DNA of 64,000 nucleotides from Deltaproteobacteria bacterium (GTDB taxonomy: Bacteria > Myxococcota > SpSt-1050): the NCBI GenBank assembly GCA_026416535.1, contig JAOAFA010000059.1:61941-125940 (forward strand), in the 5' to 3' direction. Positions 37,587 to 47,738 of the stretch are shown here, in pieces. The notes under the pieces are model-generated. The model worked only from the letters and a program-made list of their open reading frames with translations. It had not been told where the DNA came from and did not search any database. The position numbers and the translations under genes were made by a program. Each line of letters begins with the position of its first letter. Within the stretch, counting starts at the first letter, position 1.

Positions 37587-38588
37587 ATGCCGGAATTAAG
37601 GAAAGACCCTATTATTGGCAGATGGGTTATCATTGCTACAGAGAGGGCAAAGAGACCGAATGACTTTAAGGTTGTTCAAGAAAAGCCTAAAGGTGGATTC
37701 TGTCCCTTTTGCGAAGGCAATGAAGATAAAACTCCTCCGGAGATAATGGCATATAGAAAAAATGGTTCTCAGCCAAACACACCTGGATGGATTGTCAGAG
37801 TGGTGCCAAATAAATTTCCAGCTCTTATGATAGAAGTTGGATTAAATAGAGAGGGTATCGGGATATATGATAAGATGAACGGTGTTGGTGCGCATGAGGT
37901 AATCATAGAAGGGGTAGACCACAACAAAGCACTATCTGAATTTACTGATGAGGAAGTGGAATCAGTTCTTTGGGCATATAGAGATAGAATTATTGACCTA
38001 AAAAAGGACACGAGGTTTAAATATATAATGATATTCAAAAATCATGGTGAAGCGGCCGGAGCTTCTTTAGAGCATACTCATTCTCAGCTCATTGCCCTTC
38101 CGATTGTTCCAAGGAACGTGGCAGAGGAGATGAATGGCGCTAGGGATTATTACTCTTATAAAGAGAGATGCATCTTCTGTGATATAGTTAGGCAGGAGAA
38201 ACTTGATAAATCAAGAGTAGTTTTCGAAAATGATGATTATCTTGTGATATGTCCTTTTGCTCCAAAATTCCCTTTTGAGACATGGATCCTACCAAAAACT
38301 CATCAGACTCACTATGAGGATGGGCAGGTAAAAGAGTATAAAAATCTTGCAAAGGCACTTAGAACTACACTCAGAAAGCTTGCCATAGCTCTAAACAATA
38401 CCCCTTATAATTTCATAATTCACAATACCCCAATAGTTACTGAGAAAAATATACCATTTTATCACTGGCATATAGAGATCATGCCGTCGCTTACGAAGGT
38501 CGCTGGCTTTGAGTGGGGTTCTGGATTCTATATAAATCCAACACCTCCTGAGAATGCCGCTCAGCATTTAAGAGAGATTGAGGCCTAA
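37587..38588 (+). CDS. galT: galactose-1-phosphate uridylyltransferase (HIT superfamily)
   Basis: 'FCPFCEGNE' is the zinc knuckle and 'LEHTHSQLIALP' is the HxHxQ active site. A second half-domain is present. An AGGAGG ribosome-binding site is present. Confidence 0.8.
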   Translation: MPELRKDPIIGRWVIIATERAKRPNDFKVVQEKPKGGFCPFCEGNEDKTPPEIMAYRKNGSQPNTPGWIVRVVPNKFPALMIEVGLNREGIGIYDKMNGVGAHEVIIEGVDHNKALSEFTDEEVESVLWAYRDRIIDLKKDTRFKYIMIFKNHGEAAGASLEHTHSQLIALPIVPRNVAEEMNGARDYYSYKERCIFCDIVRQEKLDKSRVVFENDDYLVICPFAPKFPFETWILPKTHQTHYEDGQVKEYKNLAKALRTTLRKLAIALNNTPYNFIIHNTPIVTEKNIPFYHWHIEIMPSLTKVAGFEWGSGFYINPTPPENAAQHLREIEA

Positions 38589-38666
38589 TTTACTTGCTGA
38601 ATCCTAAGCAATGTGATTTATTCGACATAGACTATAGCCAATCTTAAATAAGGAGGAGGCTTCCTT

Positions 38667-40091
38667 ATGAAAAGGATATTTTTATCTTTTTTAACGCTTG
38701 CATATCTAGTTGCCATTTCATGTGACCCAAATATTGGGAGCGATGATGTTCATACTCCAATCCTTAGCACCTTTGATAAGGAGAGAGGGTTGATTATCTT
38801 ACCAAACGATCTCCTTAAAAACCCTGAGACAGGTAGACTAGCTCTACCTGAAGCAAGTGATGATTCTGAACTCACGAAAGAGATCAAAAGCTTTATGAAC
38901 ATGCTCGATGGCTGGTTGGTATCTCAGACCATTACCATACCTTTTGAATATGAATTAGATAAAACTACAATTAGACCCGAGAATGTCCTTCTCTTTGAGA
39001 TTGATATAAAAAATAAAACAGTTACTAAAAAAATGGCATCTGAATACTACGTTCTTTACAACTTCTCAAAGACCCCATCAGACAGACCGCCCTTTTTTAT
39101 AACTGTTAAAAATAAGCCAAGTGAAAAGAGTGGTGCTATGCCTGAAGACTTCAAACAAGGATATCTTTATCTAGTTGCAGTCACAAGTGCAGTGAAGACC
39201 AAGGATGGTAAGGAAATTATTGAGAATCCGGTTTATTACTTTTTGAAGAAGAGGGAACCACTTCTCAATGCAGCAAAAAAGTCTATCACAATATTGTCTG
39301 ATGAAGAGGCACTCCTACTCGAGGTGCATAGAAGATTATTTAATGAGCTTTTTAAATTGGTTGAAACAAAGGATAAAGATATCAGATCAAAAACAATTGC
39401 TTTTTCCTTTTTTTCAATTCAATCAGGAGCAAGAGCCCTCTTTAATCCTGCCATTGTTGGGCAGATTTTACCACAACCAAATGACCTAAACGGTAAGGCA
39501 AACGCACCTATAGATGTAAAGCCTTATATCTATTATGACCTGCCACTCGATGAGAGAACTGTGGCAAAAGGGGTGACGATGATGAAATTGACAGGAGATC
39601 AACCTATAATAATTGAACTCGCAAAGATAGAGGTCATAGAAGAAAAACCAAAGTTTAAACTCCAAATAACTCCTAAAAATTATTTAGATAAGAATTCAAC
39701 GTATTTGGTGTTTACAACAAATGATATCAAAAGTAAGCATGGAGTTGAAACAAGTGCATATTCTACATTCTCAATTATCAGAGCCAACTCCCCATTAATT
39801 ACAAAGACTAGTGATAACAATTATGTTTTGAATTCCCCTCTGATCGATAACACCCTGGATGCCCTTATCTTTGCTTCAAAAATGGGTATGTTGTCTGAGG
39901 AGGCGAATAGGAATATCGCATTAGCTACTCCTGATGATTGGAGGACCGCATATGATCTTTTCTTACAAAACCTGATAAAACTTGAAGAATTGAGGAATGC
40001 CTATCAGCCGCTTTTTAATAACATCGAGAGAGGCGGTATTCCTAGAAAAAATATTACATCCCTTTGGACATTTTCAACAACATCAAAATAG
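38667..40091 (+). CDS. hypothetical lipoprotein
   Basis: Lipobox 'LVAISCD'. GGAGG ribosome-binding site. It encodes 474 aa with no recognisable motifs. It sits immediately upstream of the FadL-like barrel gene. Confidence 0.45.
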   Translation: MKRIFLSFLTLAYLVAISCDPNIGSDDVHTPILSTFDKERGLIILPNDLLKNPETGRLALPEASDDSELTKEIKSFMNMLDGWLVSQTITIPFEYELDKTTIRPENVLLFEIDIKNKTVTKKMASEYYVLYNFSKTPSDRPPFFITVKNKPSEKSGAMPEDFKQGYLYLVAVTSAVKTKDGKEIIENPVYYFLKKREPLLNAAKKSITILSDEEALLLEVHRRLFNELFKLVETKDKDIRSKTIAFSFFSIQSGARALFNPAIVGQILPQPNDLNGKANAPIDVKPYIYYDLPLDERTVAKGVTMMKLTGDQPIIIELAKIEVIEEKPKFKLQITPKNYLDKNSTYLVFTTNDIKSKHGVETSAYSTFSIIRANSPLITKTSDNNYVLNSPLIDNTLDALIFASKMGMLSEEANRNIALATPDDWRTAYDLFLQNLIKLEELRNAYQPLFNNIERGGIPRKNITSLWTFSTTSK

Positions 40092-40110
40092 AAATTTTAG
40101 GAGGTCATCG

Positions 40111-41313
40111 ATGAAAAATTATTTTATCTTTCTAATAATATTTATGCTCTCAGGATTAGGACATGCTAATGGCTTTTTTCTCTATGAAGTTAGTCCATCA
40201 AGCATTTCCCAAGGGGGGGCCACGATAGCGGATGGGAGTGAACCGTCAGCCGTATTCTTGAATACAGCATCTATTACAAGACTTAAAGGATTTAACTTTT
40301 CACTTAACCTAAACATATACTTAAGCGACTCGGAATTTACTGGAGAGCTGTCGAAAAAGACAACAAAGGCTAATACTGGTTTCTTCCCTACTCCTTCTCT
40401 ATTTGTAACTTACAAAACACATAAATGGATTTCAATGGGTTTGGGTGTTTACACAGCATATGGTTTGGGAGTCAATTGGCCTGAGAAATGGGAAGGCTAT
40501 CATTTAGTCGAACATTCAGAACTACAAAGTTATTCAATTCAGCCTTCCTTGGCCTTAGGTCCTTTTCACGGTTTTTCACTCGGTGTAGGATTTAACCTGG
40601 TTTTAGGTGCTGTAAATTTCCAACGTGGTATACCGTTTGGCGACGGTGTATATGCAAAAATGAGGTTGGGAGGAACAACAACAGGTTATGGAAACAATGT
40701 GGGTCTTTTCTATGAACCAACGAAATGGCTAAGAATGGGACTTCATTATAGATCCCAAATTGTAATGAAGCTTACTGATGGAAAGGTAGATTTTGATGAT
40801 GTCCCCTTGCCTTTTACCTCAAATCTGAAGGATCAAAAGGTGAAGACTGGACTCATTCTTCCTCAGTTTCTAGGCATAGGGATGAGAGTAGCACCTTTTC
40901 ATAATCTTGAGTTAGAACTAGATGTTAATCAGATTTATTGGTCATCATATAAGAAACTAACATTTGAGTTTGAAGATAAATCACTAAACCAGATTCAGGA
41001 AAAAAAGTGGGAGGATGCCCCCCAAATAAGACTTGGGGTACAATATATCCTTAAAAAATGGATATTAAGATTGGGAATTATTTATGATATAACGCCGATT
41101 CCGGATGAGACATTAGATCCCATGCTCCCTGACAATGATAGAATAGACTATTGTTTAGGAATTGGTTATTCAATTGGGAAATTTAAGATTGATACCTCAT
41201 ATATGTTTGTAGATGTTTTAAAGAGAACAGTTGGGCAAGAGAAGAACTATTTTCCTGGCTCATATGATGCTTTTGTTCATTCATTCGCATTAGGGTTCTC
41301 AGGTTCCCTGTAA
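40111..41313 (+). CDS. outer-membrane transport protein of the FadL/OmpP1/TodX family
   Basis: The signal peptide is followed by 'NGFFLYEVSPSSISQGGATIADGSEPSAVFLNTASI', the FadL N-terminal hatch consensus. It ends 'FSGSL'. TAGGAGG lies 7 nt upstream of the ATG at 40111. The ORF track begins 38 codons earlier, inside the previous gene. Confidence 0.55.
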   Translation: MKNYFIFLIIFMLSGLGHANGFFLYEVSPSSISQGGATIADGSEPSAVFLNTASITRLKGFNFSLNLNIYLSDSEFTGELSKKTTKANTGFFPTPSLFVTYKTHKWISMGLGVYTAYGLGVNWPEKWEGYHLVEHSELQSYSIQPSLALGPFHGFSLGVGFNLVLGAVNFQRGIPFGDGVYAKMRLGGTTTGYGNNVGLFYEPTKWLRMGLHYRSQIVMKLTDGKVDFDDVPLPFTSNLKDQKVKTGLILPQFLGIGMRVAPFHNLELELDVNQIYWSSYKKLTFEFEDKSLNQIQEKKWEDAPQIRLGVQYILKKWILRLGIIYDITPIPDETLDPMLPDNDRIDYCLGIGYSIGKFKIDTSYMFVDVLKRTVGQEKNYFPGSYDAFVHSFALGFSGSL

Positions 41314-41410
41314 AGAGATATTGCCCCTTCTCCTAAAGTGTCTTTCATTTTTTATTTGAAATAAAGTGAAAATTGGTCTAATCACCAAAAGGATATACAT
41401 AAGGTGACAG

Positions 41411-43723
41411 ATGTTCTACTCTTTTAAGAGGATAAAATTACAGCATCTTATTATCCTATGCTCTATTATCTTTCTACTACCACTTGTAATTGTGTTAAAA
41501 TACTATCAATATGTTGAACAAAAAGGGGAGATGTTAGATAATTTTGAAAAACTAAGGCAGATTACGGACAATAATATAATTACGTCAATAAAGCTTGTTG
41601 ACAGTGCATATCATATCATAGAAGAGGCTGTTAAGAGTAATCTCGAAAGATTTTTAAATGAACTACATAATATTTATAAAGAGAAAAACGGTGATATTGA
41701 AAAAATTGATTTAGAGGAATTCAAAAACAGTCTTAATTACAACTACAAATCGGGATTGGATTTCTACATCATTGATGAAAATAATGTTATAATAAAAACG
41801 ACCTATAACAGGGATCTTGGATTAGATTTCAAAAAATATCCCGATCTATCTGCATTCTTTGATAGAATAAGAAATGACAATAAATTTGTCATAGACAGAT
41901 TAACTGCTGAGACATTAACAGGGAGACATAGGGTATTTGCATATTTACCAACCTATGATCACAGGTACATACTTGAGGCTGGATGTGGTCTTTTACAGTT
42001 TGGTGATATCCTAGATCAACTTAGTTATATGCGCATTGCTGAAGAGATAAAGGACATAAATCCGTTAGTAGAATACATAAGGGTATACGATAGACATGGA
42101 AACATCTTCGGGAATCCAGATTATAGACCGACTGAAGAATTGAAGTCCCAGATATTTCAACTTTTTTACAAAAGGGAAGGAACCAAGTTCGATTTCGAAA
42201 ATGAAAAAAGATATTTTATCTTTGTAGATTTAAACGACCCAAGATATCCCACTGATTCCAGCAAGATTATAGAGGTCAGATATAAGATCTCAGCAATTAA
42301 GGATAAGATAAATAAGGCTTTTGTTGATATATTATTAAATGGGCTTCTTATCTTTTTAATTACGCTTTTTGTAGCATACGCTATCTCTTATTTTATAGAT
42401 CACCCTATATCAAAAATGGTAAATGAGATAGATGAGATATCTGGAGGGAATCTCAATAAGCGCATCACAGAATCAAATATAATCGAACTAAATAGACTTG
42501 CACATAATATCAACCGTATGGTAGACAATATCAAATCACACATTGAAAAAATAAAAAGACAACAAGAGGAGACTTTAAGATTAGAGAATCAACTGAGACA
42601 ATCTCAAAAAATGGAGGCAATAGGTCTTCTTGCAGGCGGCATAGCCCATGACTTTAATAATATTATGTCTGCAATACTCGGCTATACCAACTTGTTGCAA
42701 ATTCAATTTGCAGAAAATAAAGAGGCAAAGAATAAGCTGGATCAGATAGTGCTTGCTATTGAGAGGGGGACAAGACTAATAAGAGTGCTTCTAACTTTTA
42801 GTCGTAAGCAGAGCATTAACTTAAGGGTTGTCGATTTAAATGAAGTCATATCTAACATTAGTAAACTGCTAAGAAGGATAATCGGAGAGGACATTAGACT
42901 TAATATAAGATTCTCAAATGAATCTGCGACTGTTCTGGCTGACATCACAAATATTGAGCAGGTAATTATGAATCTTGTAACGAATGCCCGAGATGCTATG
43001 CCACAAGGTGGGGAATTATCAATTAGCATTGATTTTACCAATGTAGATGAATATAAAGCTGCTGAACACAATGTAAAGGCGGGGAGATATGTACTCATAA
43101 GGGTATCTGACACTGGCAAGGGAATTGAAAAAGAAATTATAGACAAAATATTTGATCCATTCTTTACGACAAAAGAATCAGGAAAAGGGACAGGGCTTGG
43201 TCTTTCTATAGTATATTCAATAATAAAACAACACAATGGATTCATATCTGTAAATTCCGAACTCAATAAAGGAACTACATTTGAAATATTCTTGCCATAT
43301 TTGAGTGAATCATTTAAGGAGGATGATTTATCAAATCAACCTGAATTTATTGTGGGTGGGAGTGAGACAATTTTACTTGTTGAAGATGATGATGATATTA
43401 GATCAAGCTTGAGATATATCTTAGAAAAATACGGGTATAAAATAATCGAGGCGTACAATGGATTAGATGGCTATAACAAATTTGTGGCTAACCAGGATAT
43501 GATTAATCTTATAATAACTGATGTTGTTATGCCGGAAGTGAGTGGGGTAAAGATGTATGAAAGAATATGTGAAATAAGGAAGGATGTAAAGATAATATTC
43601 ATGAGTGGATATAGTGAAGAGATAATTGAACAAAGGGCTGCAAAAAATCTTGAGGTCCTCTTCAAACCTATTCATCCCCATGAGCTCCTTAAAAAGATTA
43701 GAGAGAAATTGGAGACAACCTAA
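41411..43723 (+). CDS. hybrid sensor histidine kinase/response regulator (periplasmic Cache-like sensor, HAMP, HisKA, HATPase_c, C-terminal receiver)
   Basis: Two transmembrane segments flank a roughly 270-aa periplasmic domain. The H-box is 'GIAHDFNNIMSAILGYTNLL'. G1/G2 boxes are 'DTGKGI' and 'GTGLGLSIV'. The receiver reads 'ILLVEDDDDIRSSL...DVVMPEVSG'. Confidence 0.8.
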   Translation: MFYSFKRIKLQHLIILCSIIFLLPLVIVLKYYQYVEQKGEMLDNFEKLRQITDNNIITSIKLVDSAYHIIEEAVKSNLERFLNELHNIYKEKNGDIEKIDLEEFKNSLNYNYKSGLDFYIIDENNVIIKTTYNRDLGLDFKKYPDLSAFFDRIRNDNKFVIDRLTAETLTGRHRVFAYLPTYDHRYILEAGCGLLQFGDILDQLSYMRIAEEIKDINPLVEYIRVYDRHGNIFGNPDYRPTEELKSQIFQLFYKREGTKFDFENEKRYFIFVDLNDPRYPTDSSKIIEVRYKISAIKDKINKAFVDILLNGLLIFLITLFVAYAISYFIDHPISKMVNEIDEISGGNLNKRITESNIIELNRLAHNINRMVDNIKSHIEKIKRQQEETLRLENQLRQSQKMEAIGLLAGGIAHDFNNIMSAILGYTNLLQIQFAENKEAKNKLDQIVLAIERGTRLIRVLLTFSRKQSINLRVVDLNEVISNISKLLRRIIGEDIRLNIRFSNESATVLADITNIEQVIMNLVTNARDAMPQGGELSISIDFTNVDEYKAAEHNVKAGRYVLIRVSDTGKGIEKEIIDKIFDPFFTTKESGKGTGLGLSIVYSIIKQHNGFISVNSELNKGTTFEIFLPYLSESFKEDDLSNQPEFIVGGSETILLVEDDDDIRSSLRYILEKYGYKIIEAYNGLDGYNKFVANQDMINLIITDVVMPEVSGVKMYERICEIRKDVKIIFMSGYSEEIIEQRAAKNLEVLFKPIHPHELLKKIREKLETT

Positions 43724-46026
43724 TCTCTTCTAATAACTGATTTAATAAATCCAATGTCTCCAGTCTTGATGCCAGAGATGTTTGCCTCATCTGTATTAAT
43801 ATGCATTGCTAATCTATAATCTTTGTTAACTCTTACAAGAACTTCGTCAAAAATAATTCCTCTCTCCCCTTCAACCTTGACTTGAACTAAGTCTCCATCC
43901 CTTATTCCAAATCTTAGCGCATCTTCAAAAGACATATGTATGTGTTTTAATGTCAGTATTACCCCTTTGTTTATTTTTACTGTGCCTTTTGGTCCTTCAA
44001 TTGTAATCCCGGGTGTACCTTCGATATCACCCGATGCCCTTATCGGGGCGTTGATCCCCAACTTAAATTCTTCTGTCATTGATATCTCTACCTGAGTGGC
44101 ATTTCTCTCAGGTCCTAAAATCCTAACATTATCTATCCTACCCTTTGGGCCTATAAGATTTACCCTCTCTCTACATGCATATTGACCTATTTGTGACAAT
44201 TCGTGATCAAAGGTTAGTTTATACCCTGCGCCAAATAGCTTTTCTACATCATCCCTTGAAAGGTGTACATGATATGCAGATACTTCAATAGGAATAGGAA
44301 TTGGTGTTATTTTATTGATTTCCTTGGTGATTTCAAAATTCTTTATGGCATCAAGACACCCCTTGGCGATCATAAATTCCTCGTCGGTTGGGATGATAAG
44401 GACCTTGACCTTTGAACCTTTTGCTGTAATATCGCATATCTGCTTGAAGCCGTCAGCTCTCTTATTTAAATCTTCGTCAATCTCGATCCCCATAAATTCC
44501 AAGCCTTGTAGAGATAAACTTCTAACCAGAGAAGAACCCTGACCAATACCACCAGTAAATACAATTACGTCTACACCACCCATAGCTGCAATATACGAGC
44601 CGATATATTTTCTCAATCTATAAGAGAAGGATTTAATGGCAATTAATGCCCGATAATTTGATTGGCTTGCAGCGTTTTCAATTTCTCTCATGTCATTAGA
44701 TAAACCAGATATACCTCTTAGTCCTGAAAACTTGTTGATAATTTTATCAAGTTGATTGTAGTCTATTTTCTCTGTCCTCATTATGTGAATAAGGACGCCG
44801 GGATCGACATCGCCACACCGAGTTCCCATAATGAGTCCTTCCACAGGGGTAAAACCCATGCTTGTATCTATTGATCGCCCATGATCTATCGCGCATATCG
44901 AGCATCCATTTCCCAGGTGGCACGTAATAATCGAAAGAGATGAATATCTCTTGCCTAGAAATTCAGCTGCCTTCAAAGAGACATATAGATGAGATGTCCC
45001 ATGAAATCCATACCGCCTTATCTTCTTTTCAGAATAATATTCGTAAGGGAATGCATATAAGAATGCATAGGGAGGCATGGTTTGATGGAATGCTGTATCA
45101 AACACCGCTATTTGGATAGCATTTTTAAATAACATTCTTGATTCTTTAATCCCAATGAGATTGATGGGGTTATGGAGTGGTGCATAGATGGACGCCTTCT
45201 CAATCTCCTCTTCTACTTCGTCGGTAATAATTGTGGGGGAATTGTATTTATCACCTCCATGAACAACCCTATGTCCAACTATATCTATGTCGCAGGGATC
45301 TTTGAATACCCTAAATCTATCACTCGACAGTACTTTTATCATCTCTAAGAATGCCTCTTTGTGGGTGGGCACAAAATTAATACTCTTTTGCTCGTTCCCC
45401 ATGTAGGTAAATTTATGAATTGCCTCTCTCTCTCCTATTCTTTCGATAATACCTTTAAATGGCTCATCTGGCTTATAAGTATCATAGTAGGCATATTTTA
45501 AGGATGAGGAGCCACAATTAATTACAAGTATCTGCTTCCTTTTTTCAAAATCTAATGAAATTCTCCTATAATCATTAGATTTTGTTTCTGTTTGGAACTT
45601 TGAAATCTCAGAGGCTCTTTGGACTATGAGCCTTGATAAATACGAGATTGCTGACTGTTCACTTATAAGCAATCTTGAAAATAGGCTCTGTGGGATCAAT
45701 AATATTTCTGAATGCCTACTCCCTATTACATTTACTACAGTCCTCTCGTTAGTAATTAAAGCTATTTCGCCAAAGATATCATATTCCTTAAACACTCCTA
45801 TTACTCTATGAGTTCCATCATTTTCTACCCTTACGATCTTAACACCACCTGAAAGAACAACTCCGAGAAATCTCCCTTTATCTCCTTCTTCAATGACGGT
45901 CTCATTCTCTTCTATTGTAACAAGTCTCGAACCGTCTATGATAATATTCAATTTTTTATCTGAAAAATTGTTAAATAGCTCTACTTTATTTTTTAAAATT
46001 GAAAACAAAATTTCTCGTGAGATCAT
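43720..46026 (-). CDS. three-domain fusion: cyclic-nucleotide-binding (CAP-effector) domain, acetate kinase, and PduL-type phosphate acyltransferase
   Basis: The N-terminal cNMP domain reads 'GDKGRFLGVVLSGGVKIVRVENDGTHRVIGVFKEYDIFGEIALI'. AckA blocks are 'ILVINCGSSSLKYAYYD', 'VGHRVVHGG', 'LHNPINL', 'RYGFHGTSH', 'CHLGNGCSICAIDHGRSIDTSMGFTPVEGLIMGTRCGDVDP' and 'VFTGGIGQGS'. The C-terminal PduL duplicated motifs are 'VSAYHVHLSRDDVEKLFG' and 'LTLKHIHMSFEDALRFGIRDGDLVQV'. Confidence 0.7.
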   Translation of the reverse strand: MISREILFSILKNKVELFNNFSDKKLNIIIDGSRLVTIEENETVIEEGDKGRFLGVVLSGGVKIVRVENDGTHRVIGVFKEYDIFGEIALITNERTVVNVIGSRHSEILLIPQSLFSRLLISEQSAISYLSRLIVQRASEISKFQTETKSNDYRRISLDFEKRKQILVINCGSSSLKYAYYDTYKPDEPFKGIIERIGEREAIHKFTYMGNEQKSINFVPTHKEAFLEMIKVLSSDRFRVFKDPCDIDIVGHRVVHGGDKYNSPTIITDEVEEEIEKASIYAPLHNPINLIGIKESRMLFKNAIQIAVFDTAFHQTMPPYAFLYAFPYEYYSEKKIRRYGFHGTSHLYVSLKAAEFLGKRYSSLSIITCHLGNGCSICAIDHGRSIDTSMGFTPVEGLIMGTRCGDVDPGVLIHIMRTEKIDYNQLDKIINKFSGLRGISGLSNDMREIENAASQSNYRALIAIKSFSYRLRKYIGSYIAAMGGVDVIVFTGGIGQGSSLVRSLSLQGLEFMGIEIDEDLNKRADGFKQICDITAKGSKVKVLIIPTDEEFMIAKGCLDAIKNFEITKEINKITPIPIPIEVSAYHVHLSRDDVEKLFGAGYKLTFDHELSQIGQYACRERVNLIGPKGRIDNVRILGPERNATQVEISMTEEFKLGINAPIRASGDIEGTPGITIEGPKGTVKINKGVILTLKHIHMSFEDALRFGIRDGDLVQVKVEGERGIIFDEVLVRVNKDYRLAMHINTDEANISGIKTGDIGFIKSVIRRD

Positions 46027-46796
46027 TTCTATCCTCCAGCTGATGATTAACTATATAAAAACAAAAAATATTACAATATAATTATTACACCGTATGAATC
46101 ATGGCTATTATCATGCCCTAATTGGTATACAAAATTTACAGTCATTATTGTTAAATGTTATATTTTATAAATAACAATAGTTAGTTGTCTCATGTCGATT
46201 ATTCATTATATGGTATGGAAAGCAAGATCAAAAAAACCTACTAATGACTTTGACTACCCAAATAGAAACTCATTATAACAGGGGATTGAAGCTAACACCT
46301 CCATATTTATAGATGGGATAATAGGTGCAAACATCTGTATTAAGTGGTAACATCTCTCGTCTATTTTATGTATGCTTATCATTAGTATTAAGGGCAAAAA
46401 ACTGGAAAAAGTTGGGGAGGCAGGTATTAATGTATGTATATGAGCGATTCGTGAGAGTAATATGCAGAGATTAGCAAAAGATATTGAATGATTTAGTGGA
46501 TATGGGGCTGAAGAGGTAAACTTCCAGGAAGGGATAATCGTTACGCAGGTACAATTTGGTGTTTTGTTGTATGCCATAAAAGTGAAATAAGGATGCAGTA
46601 GGCAGTGACATAACGACTCTAAGATTCCGCTGTTGTAGTTATGGTGGGGCATTTTTTGCTTGAAGATTAAAGGATATTGTGATAATTCCTTTCCGATTTC
46701 GATTTCACACAGCTCTCGAGAGTGCGGTGGTTCCATTCTGGTGCCGCATTCGATGACGGGGCTGGAGGCTTAAACCAAGTTTTAGGAGGTAGTGAG

Positions 46797-47717
46797 ATGC
46801 CAGTAATTTCGTTAAAAGAAATGCTAGAGGCGGGGGTTCACTTTGGTCATCAGACAAAGAGGTGGAATCCTAAAATGCGGCCTTATATTTTTGGTGAGAG
46901 GAATGGAATCCATATATTAGACCTCCAAAAGACACAGGCTCTGTTTGATGCGGCTTATAATTATGTAGTAGAGACAGTGTCTAAGGGTCACAAGGTTCTT
47001 TTTGTTGGGACTAAGAAGCAGGCATCTGATGTAATAAAAAATGAGGCATTAAGGGCAAATATGTTTTATGTAACTGAGAGATGGCTGGGTGGAACGCTCA
47101 CCAATTTTACGACTATTAGAAAATCTGTGGAAAGGTTAAAGAATATTGAAAAGATGGAAGCAGATGGAACATTTTCAAAACTTCCAAAAAAAGAGGTTAG
47201 CAGGCTGCTCAAAGAAAAGACAAAGCTTCTCAATTCATTGGGTGGTATTAAAGAAATGAATAAACTACCTGGTGTGCTTTTCTTAGTTGATGCTACAAAA
47301 GAGTATATAGCAAAAAATGAAGCCAATAAGCTGGGCATTCCTATTATTGTTCTTGCTGATACCAATTGTGATCCTGATGGGATTGATTTTTTAATACCGG
47401 GTAATGATGATGGTATAAAATCGATTCAGTTGTTCGCCTCAAAAATTGCTGATGCATGTCTAGAGGGGTTGAAAAAGTATGAAGAATTTATGAAAGAGGC
47501 AAAGGTAAGGGAAAAAACCGATGAAGATAAGTCAGATAAAGTTAGAAAACCCGGTTTTGATGTTGAGGTGATAAAGAGGAGAAAGAGAACGGCAATACCT
47601 CAACATGTAGCAAAAGAACTTGAGGAAGAAGAGAGCATTGAAGAAGAGGCTCAAAAGGAAGCTGAGGCAATTATGAGGGAGAGAGAGGCCTATCGAGAGG
47701 AATCAGAAAACAATTAA
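46797..47717 (+). CDS. rpsB: 30S ribosomal protein S2 with extended acidic C-terminal tail
   Basis: '[27 protein letters not shown]' begins at an ATG preceded by TAGGAGG (the ORF track begins 25 codons earlier). A roughly 70-aa Glu/Lys-rich C-terminal extension follows. Confidence 0.85.
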   Translation: MPVISLKEMLEAGVHFGHQTKRWNPKMRPYIFGERNGIHILDLQKTQALFDAAYNYVVETVSKGHKVLFVGTKKQASDVIKNEALRANMFYVTERWLGGTLTNFTTIRKSVERLKNIEKMEADGTFSKLPKKEVSRLLKEKTKLLNSLGGIKEMNKLPGVLFLVDATKEYIAKNEANKLGIPIIVLADTNCDPDGIDFLIPGNDDGIKSIQLFASKIADACLEGLKKYEEFMKEAKVREKTDEDKSDKVRKPGFDVEVIKRRKRTAIPQHVAKELEEEESIEEEAQKEAEAIMREREAYREESENN

Positions 47718-47738
47718 TAAATTATTAGGAGGTTAGGT

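Noticed and set aside
46390-46530. Possible RNase P RNA (P4-like 'ggaaaaagttgggga' and 'ggtaaacttcc' resembling GGUAAACUCCACC)
   Set aside because: I could not find the complementary 3' P4 strand (ACAGAA…GGCUUA) or a consistent overall length and order. The resemblance is too weak to call without a covariance-model search.
46254-46736. 160-aa minus-strand ORF in the rpsB upstream region
   Set aside because: The composition is implausible (His/Cys/Pro/Ser-rich). There is no ribosome-binding site and no recognisable motif. I treat the region as non-coding.
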